DNA from: Mycobacteriales bacterium
Lineage (GTDB): Bacteria > Actinomycetota > Actinomycetes > Mycobacteriales > QHCE01
Length of the DNA stretch: 64,000 nt
Assembly (NCBI GenBank): GCA_038260095.1
Contig: JBBSOC010000004.1
Span: 3,341-67,340, forward strand
Direction of reading: 5' to 3'
The stretch's first letter is position 1. Every line of letters begins with the position of its first letter. Position numbers and translations under genes: made by a program. Positions 10,374-19,164 of the stretch are shown in pieces. The notes beneath the pieces are model-generated. The model saw only the letters and a list, made by a program, of their open reading frames with translations. It had not been told where the DNA came from and did not search any database.

Positions 10374-10529
10374 CTAAGCAACGGTGACGTCACCGAAGGG
10401 AAGCAGCTGCTCTGCCCACGGGAAAATAACAAACCACAGCAACGCCGCCAAACCGGCTACAAGCAGCAAAAAACAGCAGAGCTTGAGCGCGGTTTTGCCC
10501 GGCAGCTTCTCCCACAACCAGCCGTACAT
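10374..10529 (-). CDS. small hydrophobic protein, 51 aa (below the ORF-track cutoff)
   Basis: My translation is MYGWLWEKLPGKTALKLCCFLLLVAGLAALLWFVIFPWAEQLLPFGDVTVA. The ATG lies 8 nt after the sortase stop with GGAAG upstream, and there is one clear TM helix. It fills the sortase-trpG gap on the same strand. Confidence 0.6.
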   Translation of the reverse strand: MYGWLWEKLPGKTALKLCCFLLLVAGLAALLWFVIFPWAEQLLPFGDVTVA

Positions 10530-10536
10530 CTAATTG

Positions 10537-11991
10537 TCAGCTTCCCAGCTCTGCCGGACGCCCCTGAGACTTATCCTGAACGCGAACCTGCTCAGCGTGA
10601 ATAACCAGCCGCTGGTAATTGTCCCACTTGGGATTGCAAGTAGTGAGCGTGAGAATTTTGCGAGTAGCCCGCGCACCGGGGTGGTCTGGATTGGCACTGA
10701 CTACCGATATCTTGGTCGGGAGCACAATTTGTGATTGGTAGATCTTGTACACAAACCACGCGCTTCGCGTTTCAAGCACCAACCATTCACCCTTAGCAAG
10801 CTTGTCTACATCCCAGAAAATCGCCGGCGTGCGATGGCCCGCTATAGCGAAATTTCCTAGCTGGTCGGGCATCTGACTGCTTGGATAATGACCAGGCGCT
10901 CGCTTAATGTCTGCCTGTGACACACCTTGTACTACCACCCAATTTTTACCCAAGGTGGGAATATGCAGACGAGCGATTCCTTCGCCTGGAATGGGCTCAT
11001 CATGCACCGTGGGGGCCGCGTTACCGCCATGATCCCATTTAGCATCGAGGGCCTGGGTGAGCCGGCCTTGCTCGGCATTAATCTCCCAGGTTTTACCGTA
11101 AACCTCATAACCGGCAAACAGCAGCACAACCAGGCCAAGCGTGATCAAAAGTTCTCCGCTGACGCGTACTACACGTCGCAACAACGGTTCTTTTCTTAAC
11201 CGAGAGCGGTCTATTACTCGCGGATTTTTTGTAGCAGGTTGATCGCGCCGATGCCGAGTAGGCTCTTGTTCTTCAACTATATAGGGCGGTTGGTTTAACG
11301 GAGTGGCGATCGCGGAACTTAGCTGGGTGCGGGCAATGGGGATACTCGCCCGGCCAATCGATTTATTCTTACTAGCTCCCGGCGGGGCTGGTAAGAGCTC
11401 GCCGCCTGATTGATCATTGTCTGACAGCCGCGGGCGTAAGGGCCGTACAGTTGCGGTTCCCCGCGCCGCACCAGAAAAGCTAGACCGAGGCGTTAGGTTA
11501 GGGCCAGGCTGCGATGTTGCATCGCTGTATCCACCGTCTGCGCCCTTATTGTCTGCTCCGTTGCGGTCTCCACCGCGAGCTGGGGCCGGCCGCGGACGCG
11601 GTGGGGCCACAAGCTTGCCGAGCATCGCGTTGGTCGGTTGAGGTAACGGAAAATTTCGGGGTGCGGTACTAGGTGGTGCGGATGGAAACTGGCTTGGAGC
11701 AGAAGAATGCGGTTTAGGACTGGGCTTGGATGCAGGCTCAGCCGTTCGGTGGGGTGCTGGTTTCGCTGCAGGGGAGGGTCTAGAAGTGGGTGTGTTTGGC
11801 CTGAGTACCGGTCGATCTAATAGTGCAGATGAGACTTGAGCCCGTCCGCTACTGGGATTGGGTGCACGCCGGTCACCTGTAGTTTTCTGTGCTCGATTCT
11901 CGACGAGCCGGCGTAGTTCATCGAGCCAAGCGCCATCATGGGGATCTGCTGGACCAGCATGCGCGCGCTCCTTAGCGCTCCCGTCAGCCAT
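10537..11991 (-). CDS. class E-type sortase with a long disordered N-terminal extension
   Basis: 484 aa. The C-terminal ~190 aa carry sortase motifs (AIAGHRT, TLTTCNP, a conserved Arg near the end) after one TM helix. The first ~290 aa are Pro/Ser/Ala-rich low complexity. Confidence 0.85.
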   Translation of the reverse strand: MADGSAKERAHAGPADPHDGAWLDELRRLVENRAQKTTGDRRAPNPSSGRAQVSSALLDRPVLRPNTPTSRPSPAAKPAPHRTAEPASKPSPKPHSSAPSQFPSAPPSTAPRNFPLPQPTNAMLGKLVAPPRPRPAPARGGDRNGADNKGADGGYSDATSQPGPNLTPRSSFSGAARGTATVRPLRPRLSDNDQSGGELLPAPPGASKNKSIGRASIPIARTQLSSAIATPLNQPPYIVEEQEPTRHRRDQPATKNPRVIDRSRLRKEPLLRRVVRVSGELLITLGLVVLLFAGYEVYGKTWEINAEQGRLTQALDAKWDHGGNAAPTVHDEPIPGEGIARLHIPTLGKNWVVVQGVSQADIKRAPGHYPSSQMPDQLGNFAIAGHRTPAIFWDVDKLAKGEWLVLETRSAWFVYKIYQSQIVLPTKISVVSANPDHPGARATRKILTLTTCNPKWDNYQRLVIHAEQVRVQDKSQGRPAELGS

Positions 11992-12187
11992 AGGAAACCT
12001 TACCTCCTCCCGTCATACGTGGCACCGATGAAACTATTGTATTCAGCGTAGTCTGCTTGATCGTTTGCCGCGAACCGTCACAGCGAGGCGCCGATACCGC
12101 TGCCGGTACACAGCGTCGCTACCGGTACTAGCTACGCTACTAGAAACCACGTGATCCAAAAGCTCAATTGTCTAACAGGAGTCTGCG

Positions 12188-12451
12188 GTGCCCAAGTCGA
12201 GCGTTCGCAAGAAAAAGGTTTACACACCACCAGTCAACAAAAGCTCGAGCGTCACATCCCGTAAAAAGCGCCCCAGCTCCCCCTGGGTTCCAGGAACTGC
12301 TCTAGGTCTGGCAGCGGTAGGCATGGTGTGGTTGGTGGTGTATTACCTTTCCAGCGGTGCGTTTCCCATTCCGGCCGGACCACAGCTGAACATCGGGATT
12401 GGATTCGGCTGTATCGTTTCTTCCCTAGTGATATTTACCCGGTGGCGCTGA
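12188..12451 (+). CDS. crgA: cell division protein CrgA
   Basis: 87 aa with a GTG start after AGGAG, a basic N-terminus (MPKSSVRKKKVYTPP) and two TM helices. Conserved position. Confidence 0.88.
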   Translation: MPKSSVRKKKVYTPPVNKSSSVTSRKKRPSSPWVPGTALGLAAVGMVWLVVYYLSSGAFPIPAGPQLNIGIGFGCIVSSLVIFTRWR

Positions 12452-12499
12452 GAACTTGACGCGATCGGCGGGGTTGCGCGGATAGGGACGTGCCGGGGC

Positions 12500-12660
12500 T
12501 CGCCGGTTCCAGGCGGCGCCTGGCTGTGTTGTCGTCGTCGCCCATACTCTCCAAGTATGAACTCCTCCTCCGCCTTGCCATCCATCCACCTCGAAACCGC
12601 CTCCCTAACCCGACCCCCAATCCACGCAACCCCTAAGAGCAAAAACACATCGATGTAAGT
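12500..12660. repeat. possible decayed relative of the 185-bp repeat at 46246 and 51795
   Basis: Shares blocks with the repeat in the same order: CAGGCGGCGCCT, GTTGTCG, CTCCGCCTTGC-ATCCATCCACCT, and ACA-CGAT near the end. It lacks the terminal inverted repeats and the central hairpin. Confidence 0.35.
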
Positions 12661-12670
12661 TATCCTCAGC

Positions 12671-12693
12671 GGTTGTCCACACTGTGGATAACC
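12671..12693. promoter_or_regulatory. head-to-head pair of DnaA-box 9-mers (TTGTCCACA c TGTGGATAA)
   Basis: ggTTGTCCACAcTGTGGATAAcc is a 23-bp near-perfect palindrome in the convergent crgA/rhomboid spacer, ending 3 nt from the rhomboid stop. Confidence 0.5.
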
Positions 12694-12695
12694 GC

Positions 12696-13652
12696 CTAAC
12701 TGGGCCACAAATCATACTGGGCAATGCGCACACTGGTAAGGGTCAGCAGGATCAGAGCCACTGCGCATACGCCGGCCAGCTGCACAATGGTCTGCCGCGA
12801 CCCACGTGGCGCATAAGCCAATACCGCACCCAGTACGCCACCGGTCACCATGCCCGCCACATGCGCAACCAGGCTGATGTTCTCTAGGAATAAACCCAGC
12901 GCCAGGTTCAAACCAAGCAGTACCATGATTGGCCGCACATCAATGTTGAGTTTGCGGAAGAAGAAGAACAGAGCGGCCATCAACCCAAAGATGCAGCCCG
13001 ATGCGCCCACTGCATAAGTATTGGGTGGACGGAACACAAACTCCGCGATCGTACCTCCCAGCCCCGAGAGTAGATATAGCGTCAAAAACCGCCAGCGTCC
13101 CAGTAAGGACTCACAGTGCCGGCCCAGGATCCATAAAGCGTACATATTCAACGCCAGGTGGATCACTCCATAGTGCAGGAACATCGCCGTAGCCAGCCGC
13201 CATAGCTCGCCAGAGGCTATTCCGCCCACAAGCCCACTGTCGCCAGTGGCTGCTGGGAGTGCCGCACCCCACTGAACTAGGTCGGTGAGACCGCCGGAGA
13301 GCACAAGCTGTCCAAGCTGATCTCCAGACACCTCTCCGCGTAGCAGCGCGACGGCTACAGTGAGCAGCCATACCGCTACGTTGATGCCGATAAGTACTCG
13401 AGTGAGCACGCCATCACTGCCGATGTTTACGGCTGTGCCAAAAGCTGTCACCGCCGACCGCTGTCCTCGGCGACCATCCCGAACACACTCCGGGCATTGA
13501 AAACCCACTGCGGCGGCGTTCATGCAATCTGGGCAGATGGACCGTTCGCAGCGCGTACAGCTCACCCAAGTCTCCCGGTTAGTGTGGCGGAAACACACGG
13601 GTATCGGCTGCTCACCGACGGGTCTATCCGACGTAGCTCCGCATTCAGACAC
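12696..13652 (-). CDS. rhomboid-family intramembrane serine protease with N-terminal zinc ribbon
   Basis: 318 aa with an N-terminal CFRH..CTRCERSICPDC..CPEC motif, six TM helices, catalytic GASGCIFG and a downstream HVAGMVTGG. Confidence 0.88.
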   Translation of the reverse strand: MSECGATSDRPVGEQPIPVCFRHTNRETWVSCTRCERSICPDCMNAAAVGFQCPECVRDGRRGQRSAVTAFGTAVNIGSDGVLTRVLIGINVAVWLLTVAVALLRGEVSGDQLGQLVLSGGLTDLVQWGAALPAATGDSGLVGGIASGELWRLATAMFLHYGVIHLALNMYALWILGRHCESLLGRWRFLTLYLLSGLGGTIAEFVFRPPNTYAVGASGCIFGLMAALFFFFRKLNIDVRPIMVLLGLNLALGLFLENISLVAHVAGMVTGGVLGAVLAYAPRGSRQTIVQLAGVCAVALILLTLTSVRIAQYDLWPS

Positions 13653-13721
13653 GTCGCACCCCTTCTCCAGGTCACCTGGAATTCAACCGGAAGCACCTGC
13701 CAAGGTCGAAAACTGCGGCGG

Positions 13722-14225
13722 CTACACCGCTGCGCGTTCCACGGCCACCGATTCGATAGTGACGTTGTTGACTGGTCGATCCTGCGCGCCGGTCGGCAGT
13801 GCGGCGATTTTGTCGACAACGCTACGGCTAGGTTCGTCGGTCACTTCACCAAAGATGGTGTGCTTGTTGGTGAGCCAGTCCGTGGCTGAAACCGTTAGGA
13901 AAAACTGTGATCCATTGGTGCTTGGTCCTGAATTGGCCATAGCAAGCAAGTATGGCTTATTAAATGCGAGATCAGGGTGAAACTCGTCGGCGAATGTGTA
14001 GCCTGGTCCACCTGTACCAGTGCCTGTGGGATCTCCACCTTGGATCATAAATCCGCTAATAACCCGATGAAAGATGGTTCCATCATAAAAGTTTTTGTCT
14101 CGGGCAAGCTGGAGGAAGTTGTCCACCGTCTTTGGAGCATGGTCGGTGAATAACCGTATCCGAATGGCACCATGGTTGGTATTTAACGTAGCAAAATCGG
14201 CCTCAGTCAAGGCGTTTCCCTTCAT
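13722..14225 (-). CDS. ppiA: cyclophilin-type peptidyl-prolyl cis-trans isomerase
   Basis: 167 aa with FHRVISGFMIQGGDP and MANSGPSTNGSQFF motifs. Confidence 0.93.
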   Translation of the reverse strand: MKGNALTEADFATLNTNHGAIRIRLFTDHAPKTVDNFLQLARDKNFYDGTIFHRVISGFMIQGGDPTGTGTGGPGYTFADEFHPDLAFNKPYLLAMANSGPSTNGSQFFLTVSATDWLTNKHTIFGEVTDEPSRSVVDKIAALPTGAQDRPVNNVTIESVAVERAAV

Positions 14226-14541
14226 GTTTTAACTAGAGCAATCAGCATTTATCGCTCTATAACGAGTACAGCGTCCATTTAAAAACGAGTACAGTGTCCG
14301 TTCAAGCCATGTCGTGCTAGTTTCCCTATCCTGCCACGGCGACAGGGGCGCCCAGACGCGGCAAGAGGTAGCAAGTGAAACTGTAGCTACTGAGCCGATC
14401 GTTACTAACTCAGCCCGAAAGTAGCTAAGATCCTGAGGTCAAAAGACTACACCAGTCGAGCTACTTTCGATCTGACTAGTAAACAGCAGTAGGATTGCAC
14501 GCGCGCGACAAGCGTCTTCAAGCGCAACTAGGGGGTCATCT

Positions 14542-15318
14542 ATGTTCGGCCGGAAAAAAAGTCGTAAGAACGAAATCAACGAGGCACTGTCAGCCAGCGT
14601 GGGTCAGCTGCGTAACGCCGCTAATGCCACGGTGGACGCCGCAAGTGAAGCGTTCGATTCAGCTAAGGACACGCTAGGCGAAAAAATGCAGCACACCAAG
14701 GACACGGTGGGTAATAAGGTTGCGCAAAAACGCGCTATCGCCCGCGAGCAGGCACGCCATGCGTGGGACACAACCCGCTGCTCGGCGCGCAAAGCTAGAA
14801 AAAAGGCTGAGAAAGAAGCTGACAGGGCCGCCGCTAAGGGTGGTAGAAAGCGGCGAAGCTGGCCGAAAGTGGTGGGTCTACTCGCCATTGGCACAGCTCT
14901 AGGTGCTGTAGCTAGCGCTGTAGGGCGCCGTGCTCGTCAGACAGACTGGAAAGAGTTCGACGTTCGTGAACAAGCAGCCAGTGCCAAAACTAAACTTGGC
15001 GAGGCTGCCAGTTCAGCACGGGATAAAGCAAGTATAGCGAGCCAGAAGGCTGCCGAGATCGCCAAAGACACCTCGGCGACGTTCAAGGATAAGGCGTCAC
15101 AATTTGCCAGCGCAGTAAAGGAGAAAACCATCTCCGGTAAAGGCGCCTTAGTAGACGGCGGCGAGGAAATCGCCGCCGCTACTGGGAAAGCCGCTGACGC
15201 CGCGGAACAGGCCGCCCAAGTAGCAGGCCAAGCTGTAAAAAGAGGCGGAAAGAACGCTAGCGAGGCGGTAGAGAAGGTTACTGCTGCCAATTCCAGTAGC
15301 AACGGATTACGTAGTTAG
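14542..15318 (+). CDS. hypothetical Ala/Lys-rich protein with a central TM helix
   Basis: 258 aa of repetitive amphipathic A/K/E/S-rich sequence on both sides of one TM helix (WPKVVGLLAIGTALGAVASAVG). No enzymatic motif. It resembles stress/LEA-like or YtxH-like proteins in composition only. Confidence 0.6.
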   Translation: MFGRKKSRKNEINEALSASVGQLRNAANATVDAASEAFDSAKDTLGEKMQHTKDTVGNKVAQKRAIAREQARHAWDTTRCSARKARKKAEKEADRAAAKGGRKRRSWPKVVGLLAIGTALGAVASAVGRRARQTDWKEFDVREQAASAKTKLGEAASSARDKASIASQKAAEIAKDTSATFKDKASQFASAVKEKTISGKGALVDGGEEIAAATGKAADAAEQAAQVAGQAVKRGGKNASEAVEKVTAANSSSNGLRS

Positions 15319-15342
15319 CCATTAAAGGAACACCGAAATTTG

Positions 15343-15380
15343 GGCGTCCCGCGACCATAGGATCGTGTTCGCGGGACGCC
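15343..15380. terminator. bidirectional stem-loop terminator candidate
   Basis: GGCGTCCCGCGA-(14 nt)-TCGCGGGACGCC has a perfect 12-bp stem. It lies between the convergent 258-aa gene and the acyl-CoA dehydrogenase gene. Confidence 0.6.
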
Positions 15381-15397
15381 TGAGTTTACTGAACCAG

Positions 15398-16591
15398 TTA
15401 CGGCTCACGGCCAAGGCCGAGCTCGTGTGCAATCACCATGCGCTGCACTTCATTAGTGCCTTCCCCGATCTCTAAAATCTTGGCGTCCCGCCACATCCGG
15501 GCTACAGGAGTTTCGTTCATGAAACCGTAGCCGCCATGCAGCTGTGTGGCATCCCGGGCGTTTCGCACAGCCACGTCAGCAGCATGTAGCTTTGCCATCG
15601 CGGCACGCTGCCGGACATCTTGCCCCATGTCCCGGCGCATTGCCGCGTCGTAGTAAGCCAGGCGTGCGGTGTGCACCCGAGTGGCCATATCGGCGAGAGT
15701 AAACGAAATCGCCTGGTACTGCGCGATGGCGCGGCCGAATGCTTCGCGCTGCTTGGTGTAGCGCAGCGACTCATCTAGACACCCCTGCGCAAGACCAGTG
15801 GCTAGTGCGGCAATAGCAATCCGTCCGGAGTCTAAAATCTGCAGGAACTGCCGATAGCCAGCACCTCGCTCCCCCAGGAGGTTGGCCGCGGGAACATGCA
15901 CATCGGTGAGCGACACTTCACGGGTGTCCGAACAACACCAACCCACTTTTGAGTACGGTGGCCCAACATGAAGTCCGGGATTTCCAGCTGGAACGATGAT
16001 CGCCGATATCTCGGGGGCTGTGTCGGTGCGTTCGCTAGTTACCGCCGTCACCGTGATCAAACCAGTGATATCGGTTCCGGCATTGGTAATAAACGCCTTA
16101 GTGCCGTTGATCACCCACTCCCCAGACTCCGCGTCCCCACGGAGCTCTGCTCTGGTGCGCGTAGAGCTGGCGTCGGTGCCACCGTCGGGCTCTGTGAGAC
16201 CGAAGGCACCCAACATGTGGCCCGAGCACAGCCTAGGTAGCCATTCTGCTTTCTGCGCGTCAGTGCCGAACCGATAAATCGGCATCGCGCCCAGTCCTAC
16301 AGCGGCCTGTAGTGTCACAGCTAGGGAAGAATCGACTCTGGCCAGCTCTTCGATCGCCAGGCACAGCGCCAAACCGTCGCCGCCCATGCCGCCATGTTCC
16401 TCAGGAAACGGTAAGCCGAACAAGCCGAGGTCGGCCGCCTCAGCGACAAGCGGGTAGGGAAACCTCCCAGCGGCGTAGTACTCACCGATCACTGGAGAAA
16501 CTCGTTCGCGGGCAAAATCGGCAACGGTCTCCCGTAACGCGGCGTGCTGTTCGGATAACTCAAACCCCGCTCCCGTGAGCTCTGGCATCAT
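15398..16591 (-). CDS. acyl-CoA dehydrogenase (context suggests isovaleryl-CoA dehydrogenase-like)
   Basis: 397 aa of typical ACAD organisation with the C-terminal motif ILEIGEGTNEVQRMVIA. Last gene of the carboxylase/lyase cluster. Confidence 0.85.
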   Translation of the reverse strand: MMPELTGAGFELSEQHAALRETVADFARERVSPVIGEYYAAGRFPYPLVAEAADLGLFGLPFPEEHGGMGGDGLALCLAIEELARVDSSLAVTLQAAVGLGAMPIYRFGTDAQKAEWLPRLCSGHMLGAFGLTEPDGGTDASSTRTRAELRGDAESGEWVINGTKAFITNAGTDITGLITVTAVTSERTDTAPEISAIIVPAGNPGLHVGPPYSKVGWCCSDTREVSLTDVHVPAANLLGERGAGYRQFLQILDSGRIAIAALATGLAQGCLDESLRYTKQREAFGRAIAQYQAISFTLADMATRVHTARLAYYDAAMRRDMGQDVRQRAAMAKLHAADVAVRNARDATQLHGGYGFMNETPVARMWRDAKILEIGEGTNEVQRMVIAHELGLGREP

Positions 16592-16657
16592 TCCTCCGCT
16601 TCTCCTGCTACATATTTCGATAACCTCGTAGAGGTTGCCGCCTAACTTTCCATTGAC

Positions 16658-18226
16658 CTACACCGGCGTGATGCCATGTTTACGGCGTAGTGCAGGCTGT
16701 TCTCGCCACAGGCCGCCAGCGCGAGCCGCGCCAAAACGACGAATTATTTGCTCCCGTAGCTCCGTAGGAAGAACCACCGCATCCACAACCAGCTCGCTGG
16801 CCAGTCGAACCAGATCAATGTCAGCTTCATATTCGGCACGCCGCGCGGACACGAACGCGCCTCGCTGCGCCGGATCCAGCTCAGCGATCTTGTTGGCATA
16901 CACCGCGCTCACCGCGGCATCGGATCCCATGACGGCAATTTTTGCTGTGGGTAACGCGAGCGTCGCCTCCGGATCAAAGCCAGGTCCTGCCATGGCATAC
17001 AGCCCCGCACCGTAGGCCTTACGCACCACCACACACAGCTTGGGCACCGTTGCCTGCGCTACGGCGGTGATGAGCTTGGCGCCATGGCGAATTATGCCAG
17101 CCTTCTCCACCGCCGTACCTACCATGAATCCCGGAACGTCGGCTAAAAACAGCAGTGGTAAGCCAAACGCATCACACAGCGCGATGAAGCGGGCAGCTTT
17201 GTCGGCGGAGTCAATGAACAACACTCCACCTTTGTGTATCGAGTTGTTGGCCACCACGCCCACCGGCTCGCCGCCCATGCGAGCGAACCCAACGCTGACC
17301 TCCTTTGCCCACAGCGGCTGTATCTCCCACCAGCTCCCCGCATCCACTACACCGGTGATCAGCTGCTGAATATCAAAGGCCTGCCGCTCGTTGTCGGGCA
17401 CCAGAGTTGCCAGTGCTTGCTCCTGCTTAGCCTGTGGATCAACCACAGGTGCTGTCGGTGCAGTCTGGAGACAGTTGCCCGGCAGATAAGACAGATAACG
17501 GCGAACCTCGCGCAGCGCTTCGGGCTCAGTAGTTACCAACTGGTGGCCACAGCCTGACTGCCCGCAGTGCAGCGCGGCCCCACCCATGTGTTCCACGGTG
17601 GTGATCTCGCCAGTGACCGCTTCCACCATGCGGGGACTGCCTAAATACATGGAAGCGTTGCCGGCAACCATGATTACGATGTCGCAAAATGCGGGTATAT
17701 AGGCACCGCCAGCGGCTGAGGGGCCGAACAGCGCGCATACCTGTGGGATAGCACCCGAGGCACGTATTTGTTCGGCGAAAATCCGACCAGCGCCACGGCG
17801 ACCGGGGAACAGTTGCACCTGATCGGTGATTCTGGCCCCGGCGGAATCCACCAGGTACACCATGGGCACACCGGTAGTGCGCGCCCGCTCGATGACGCGG
17901 ATGATTTTCTCCACTGTCCGCGCACCCCACGATCCCGCTTTTACGGTGGAATCGTTGGCCATCACACAGACTCCTCGACCATCGATGCAGGCCGTACCAG
18001 TGATGACTCCGTCAGCTGGTAGCCCTTCAGCCAGCACATTCGCTAGCGCACCATCTTCGGTGAATGAGTCCACGTCGGTTAGCTGAATGATGCGGTCACG
18101 AGCGAAAAGCTTTCCGCGCTCCGTCGCGGCTTGGTGATACTTTCGCGCCCCGCCAGCCTCAGCTCGCTCCCGTAGCCGAGTTACCTCGCGCTGCTGATCA
18201 GTGGGCTCATTCATGACCGTGTCCAC
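16658..18226 (-). CDS. acyl-CoA carboxylase carboxyltransferase (beta) subunit
   Basis: 522-aa two-domain carboxyltransferase (VMANDSTVKAGSWG, FGPSAAGGAYIP). Its GTG start shares one nucleotide with the stop of the upstream lyase gene. Confidence 0.88.
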   Translation of the reverse strand: MDTVMNEPTDQQREVTRLRERAEAGGARKYHQAATERGKLFARDRIIQLTDVDSFTEDGALANVLAEGLPADGVITGTACIDGRGVCVMANDSTVKAGSWGARTVEKIIRVIERARTTGVPMVYLVDSAGARITDQVQLFPGRRGAGRIFAEQIRASGAIPQVCALFGPSAAGGAYIPAFCDIVIMVAGNASMYLGSPRMVEAVTGEITTVEHMGGAALHCGQSGCGHQLVTTEPEALREVRRYLSYLPGNCLQTAPTAPVVDPQAKQEQALATLVPDNERQAFDIQQLITGVVDAGSWWEIQPLWAKEVSVGFARMGGEPVGVVANNSIHKGGVLFIDSADKAARFIALCDAFGLPLLFLADVPGFMVGTAVEKAGIIRHGAKLITAVAQATVPKLCVVVRKAYGAGLYAMAGPGFDPEATLALPTAKIAVMGSDAAVSAVYANKIAELDPAQRGAFVSARRAEYEADIDLVRLASELVVDAVVLPTELREQIIRRFGAARAGGLWREQPALRRKHGITPV

Positions 18227-19164
18227 TACCCTTCTGATGCCAGTGTGCTTCGCGGTCCTGCTCGAAGAATCGCGCTCGGAAGTTGTCTGCCCACCAGTCG
18301 CTGCGCAAGTACTGCGACCTCTAGTAGTTTTTGCAGATCGATGCCAGTGGCGATACCCATGTCGTCGAGCATGTGCACCAGTTCTTCGGTGGCGAGGTTA
18401 CCCGAGGCCCCTGGCGCGTAAGGACAGCCGCCAAGGCCGCCAACGCTGGCGTCGAACTCGGTCACTCCCAGCTGTAATGCGGCCAGCACATTGGCCAGAG
18501 CCGTGCCCCGAGTGTTGTGAAAGTGCAGCAGAATCGGCAGGTCTGGGTGATGGTTGCGCACCGCGTCAACGAGCTCGACTACTCCACGTGGAGTGGCCAT
18601 GCCAGTAGTGTCACCAAACGCCACCCGGTCAGCACCTTGCGCCACAACCTGGTCGACGATGCGTACCACCCGCTCGGGCGCCACGTCGCCAACGTAGGGG
18701 CAACCAAAGGCGGTGGCAATAATGATTTCGGCGATAGCTCCGTGGGAGTGCAGCAGGGAGATTAAATCCCCAGCCTGCCGCAACGATTGTTGCGTGGAGC
18801 GACCTACATTGCGGCGATTGTGGGTGTCGGAGGCAGAGAGCACAAGCTCGATTTCGGTGAAACCCGCTGCCACCGCCCGCTGCGCACCGCGCAGATTTGG
18901 CACCAACGCGCTGTAGCGCACGCCGCTAGTTCGGGTGACACCAGAGGCGACCTGCTCAGCATCAGCCATCTGTGGCACCGCCACAGGGTGCACGAATGAA
19001 ACAGCTTCAATTCGAGAAGTGCCAGTAGCTGAAAGCGCGTTGATTAAGCTGATCTTGTCACTAGTGGAGATGGTGGCTTCGTTTTGTAGACCATCCCGCG
19101 GTCCTACCTCACGCAGCGAAACCGCATTAGGCAGGCTAGGAAAATTAGACAGCAGCGCACTCAC
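18226..19164 (-). CDS. hydroxymethylglutaryl-CoA lyase
   Basis: 312 aa with the LREVGPRDGLQNE signature near the N-terminus, an HMGL-like TIM barrel and HFHNTRGTALAN. Overlaps the upstream gene by 4 nt. Confidence 0.85.
   Translation of the reverse strand: MSALLSNFPSLPNAVSLREVGPRDGLQNEATISTSDKISLINALSATGTSRIEAVSFVHPVAVPQMADAEQVASGVTRTSGVRYSALVPNLRGAQRAVAAGFTEIELVLSASDTHNRRNVGRSTQQSLRQAGDLISLLHSHGAIAEIIIATAFGCPYVGDVAPERVVRIVDQVVAQGADRVAFGDTTGMATPRGVVELVDAVRNHHPDLPILLHFHNTRGTALANVLAALQLGVTEFDASVGGLGGCPYAPGASGNLATEELVHMLDDMGIATGIDLQKLLEVAVLAQRLVGRQLPSAILRAGPRSTLASEG

Noticed and set aside
15510-15525. parS-like sequence GTTTCGTTCATGAAAC inside the acyl-CoA dehydrogenase gene
   Set aside because: Only the outer 5-bp arms match. 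The central CACGTG core is missing and the spacing is wrong.
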